Assembly (NCBI GenBank): GCA_963802345.1
Contig: CAWDIK010000023.1
Coordinates: 145,142 to 209,141, forward strand
DNA: 64,000 bases
From: Vicinamibacterales bacterium
GTDB taxonomy: Bacteria > Acidobacteriota > Vicinamibacteria > Vicinamibacterales > JAMQPK01
Direction of reading: 5' to 3'
Made by a program: the position numbers and the translations under genes. Shown in pieces: positions 63,923-64,000 of this stretch (position 1 is its first letter; every line of letters starts with the position of its first letter). The notes below the pieces were generated by a model. That model did not search any database. It was given only the letters and a program-made list of their open reading frames with translations, and was not told where the DNA came from.

Positions 63923-64000
63923 TTAAGGGCCTGGAATGTCATAGAGCAGCAGGCGCCGGCTCTGAGACGCGACAGGCAGCTGCAGCGTCCAGTCCGAGTA
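63923..64000 (-). CDS. 3' end of an unidentified upstream CDS of the same operon (truncated by window edge)
   Basis: Hand translation of the minus strand from nt 64000 gives YSDWTLQLPVASQSRRLLLYDIPGP*, with strongly G/C-biased third positions and TAA at 63923-63925. It is too short to name. Confidence 0.35.
   Translation of the reverse strand, partial: YSDWTLQLPVASQSRRLLLYDIPGP

Overview
This is a GC-rich bacterial chromosomal window centred on the replication-origin neighbourhood. The minus strand carries rpmH-rnpA-yidD-yidC-jag-mnmE, an IS110 remnant, mnmG-rsmG-parA-parB and atpHAGDC. These diverge from dnaA-dnaN-gyrB-gyrA on the plus strand, and the strand switch falls at 35.15-35.5 kb. 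A perfect parS site lies at 27679-27694. DnaA-box clusters flank dnaA.

The left third holds signalling and envelope genes: a GAF-GAF-PP2C phosphatase, fabZ, a YhaM-like nuclease, a PCYCGC lipoprotein, a hybrid histidine kinase, a FliA-like sigma factor, an HTH + DHp-only + NtrC-type module, an mfd / surA-like / nusG-paralog / dusB operon, and a Wzm/Wzt-type exporter with hldC. The right third holds pcrA/uvrD, glmS-glmU, rsmI, a DUF885 gene, an fmdB-like gene, galU, serS and a seven-gene sugar-modification operon. That operon contains a TPP-dependent E1 alpha/beta pair, a DegT aminotransferase and a B12-radical SAM enzyme.

I found no rRNA, tRNA, CRISPR array, prophage or recognisable defence system by eye. 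A taxon guess of Acidobacteriota-like is inference only.

Three things stand out:
- Several families of intergenic or intercistronic palindromic repeats are built from short tandem 'words'.
- A 13-nt palindrome (GGGGTCWGACCCC) occurs inside the glmS and atpG reading frames exactly at frame breaks.
- At least 20 local frameshifts are concentrated in some essential genes (yidC, glmS, atpG, atpH, mnmG, rsmI, jag), while about 20 kb of other long genes are intact. This most likely reflects indel errors or heterogeneity in the assembly, but it needs checking.

All coordinates of starts and frameshift sites are hand-derived and approximate.
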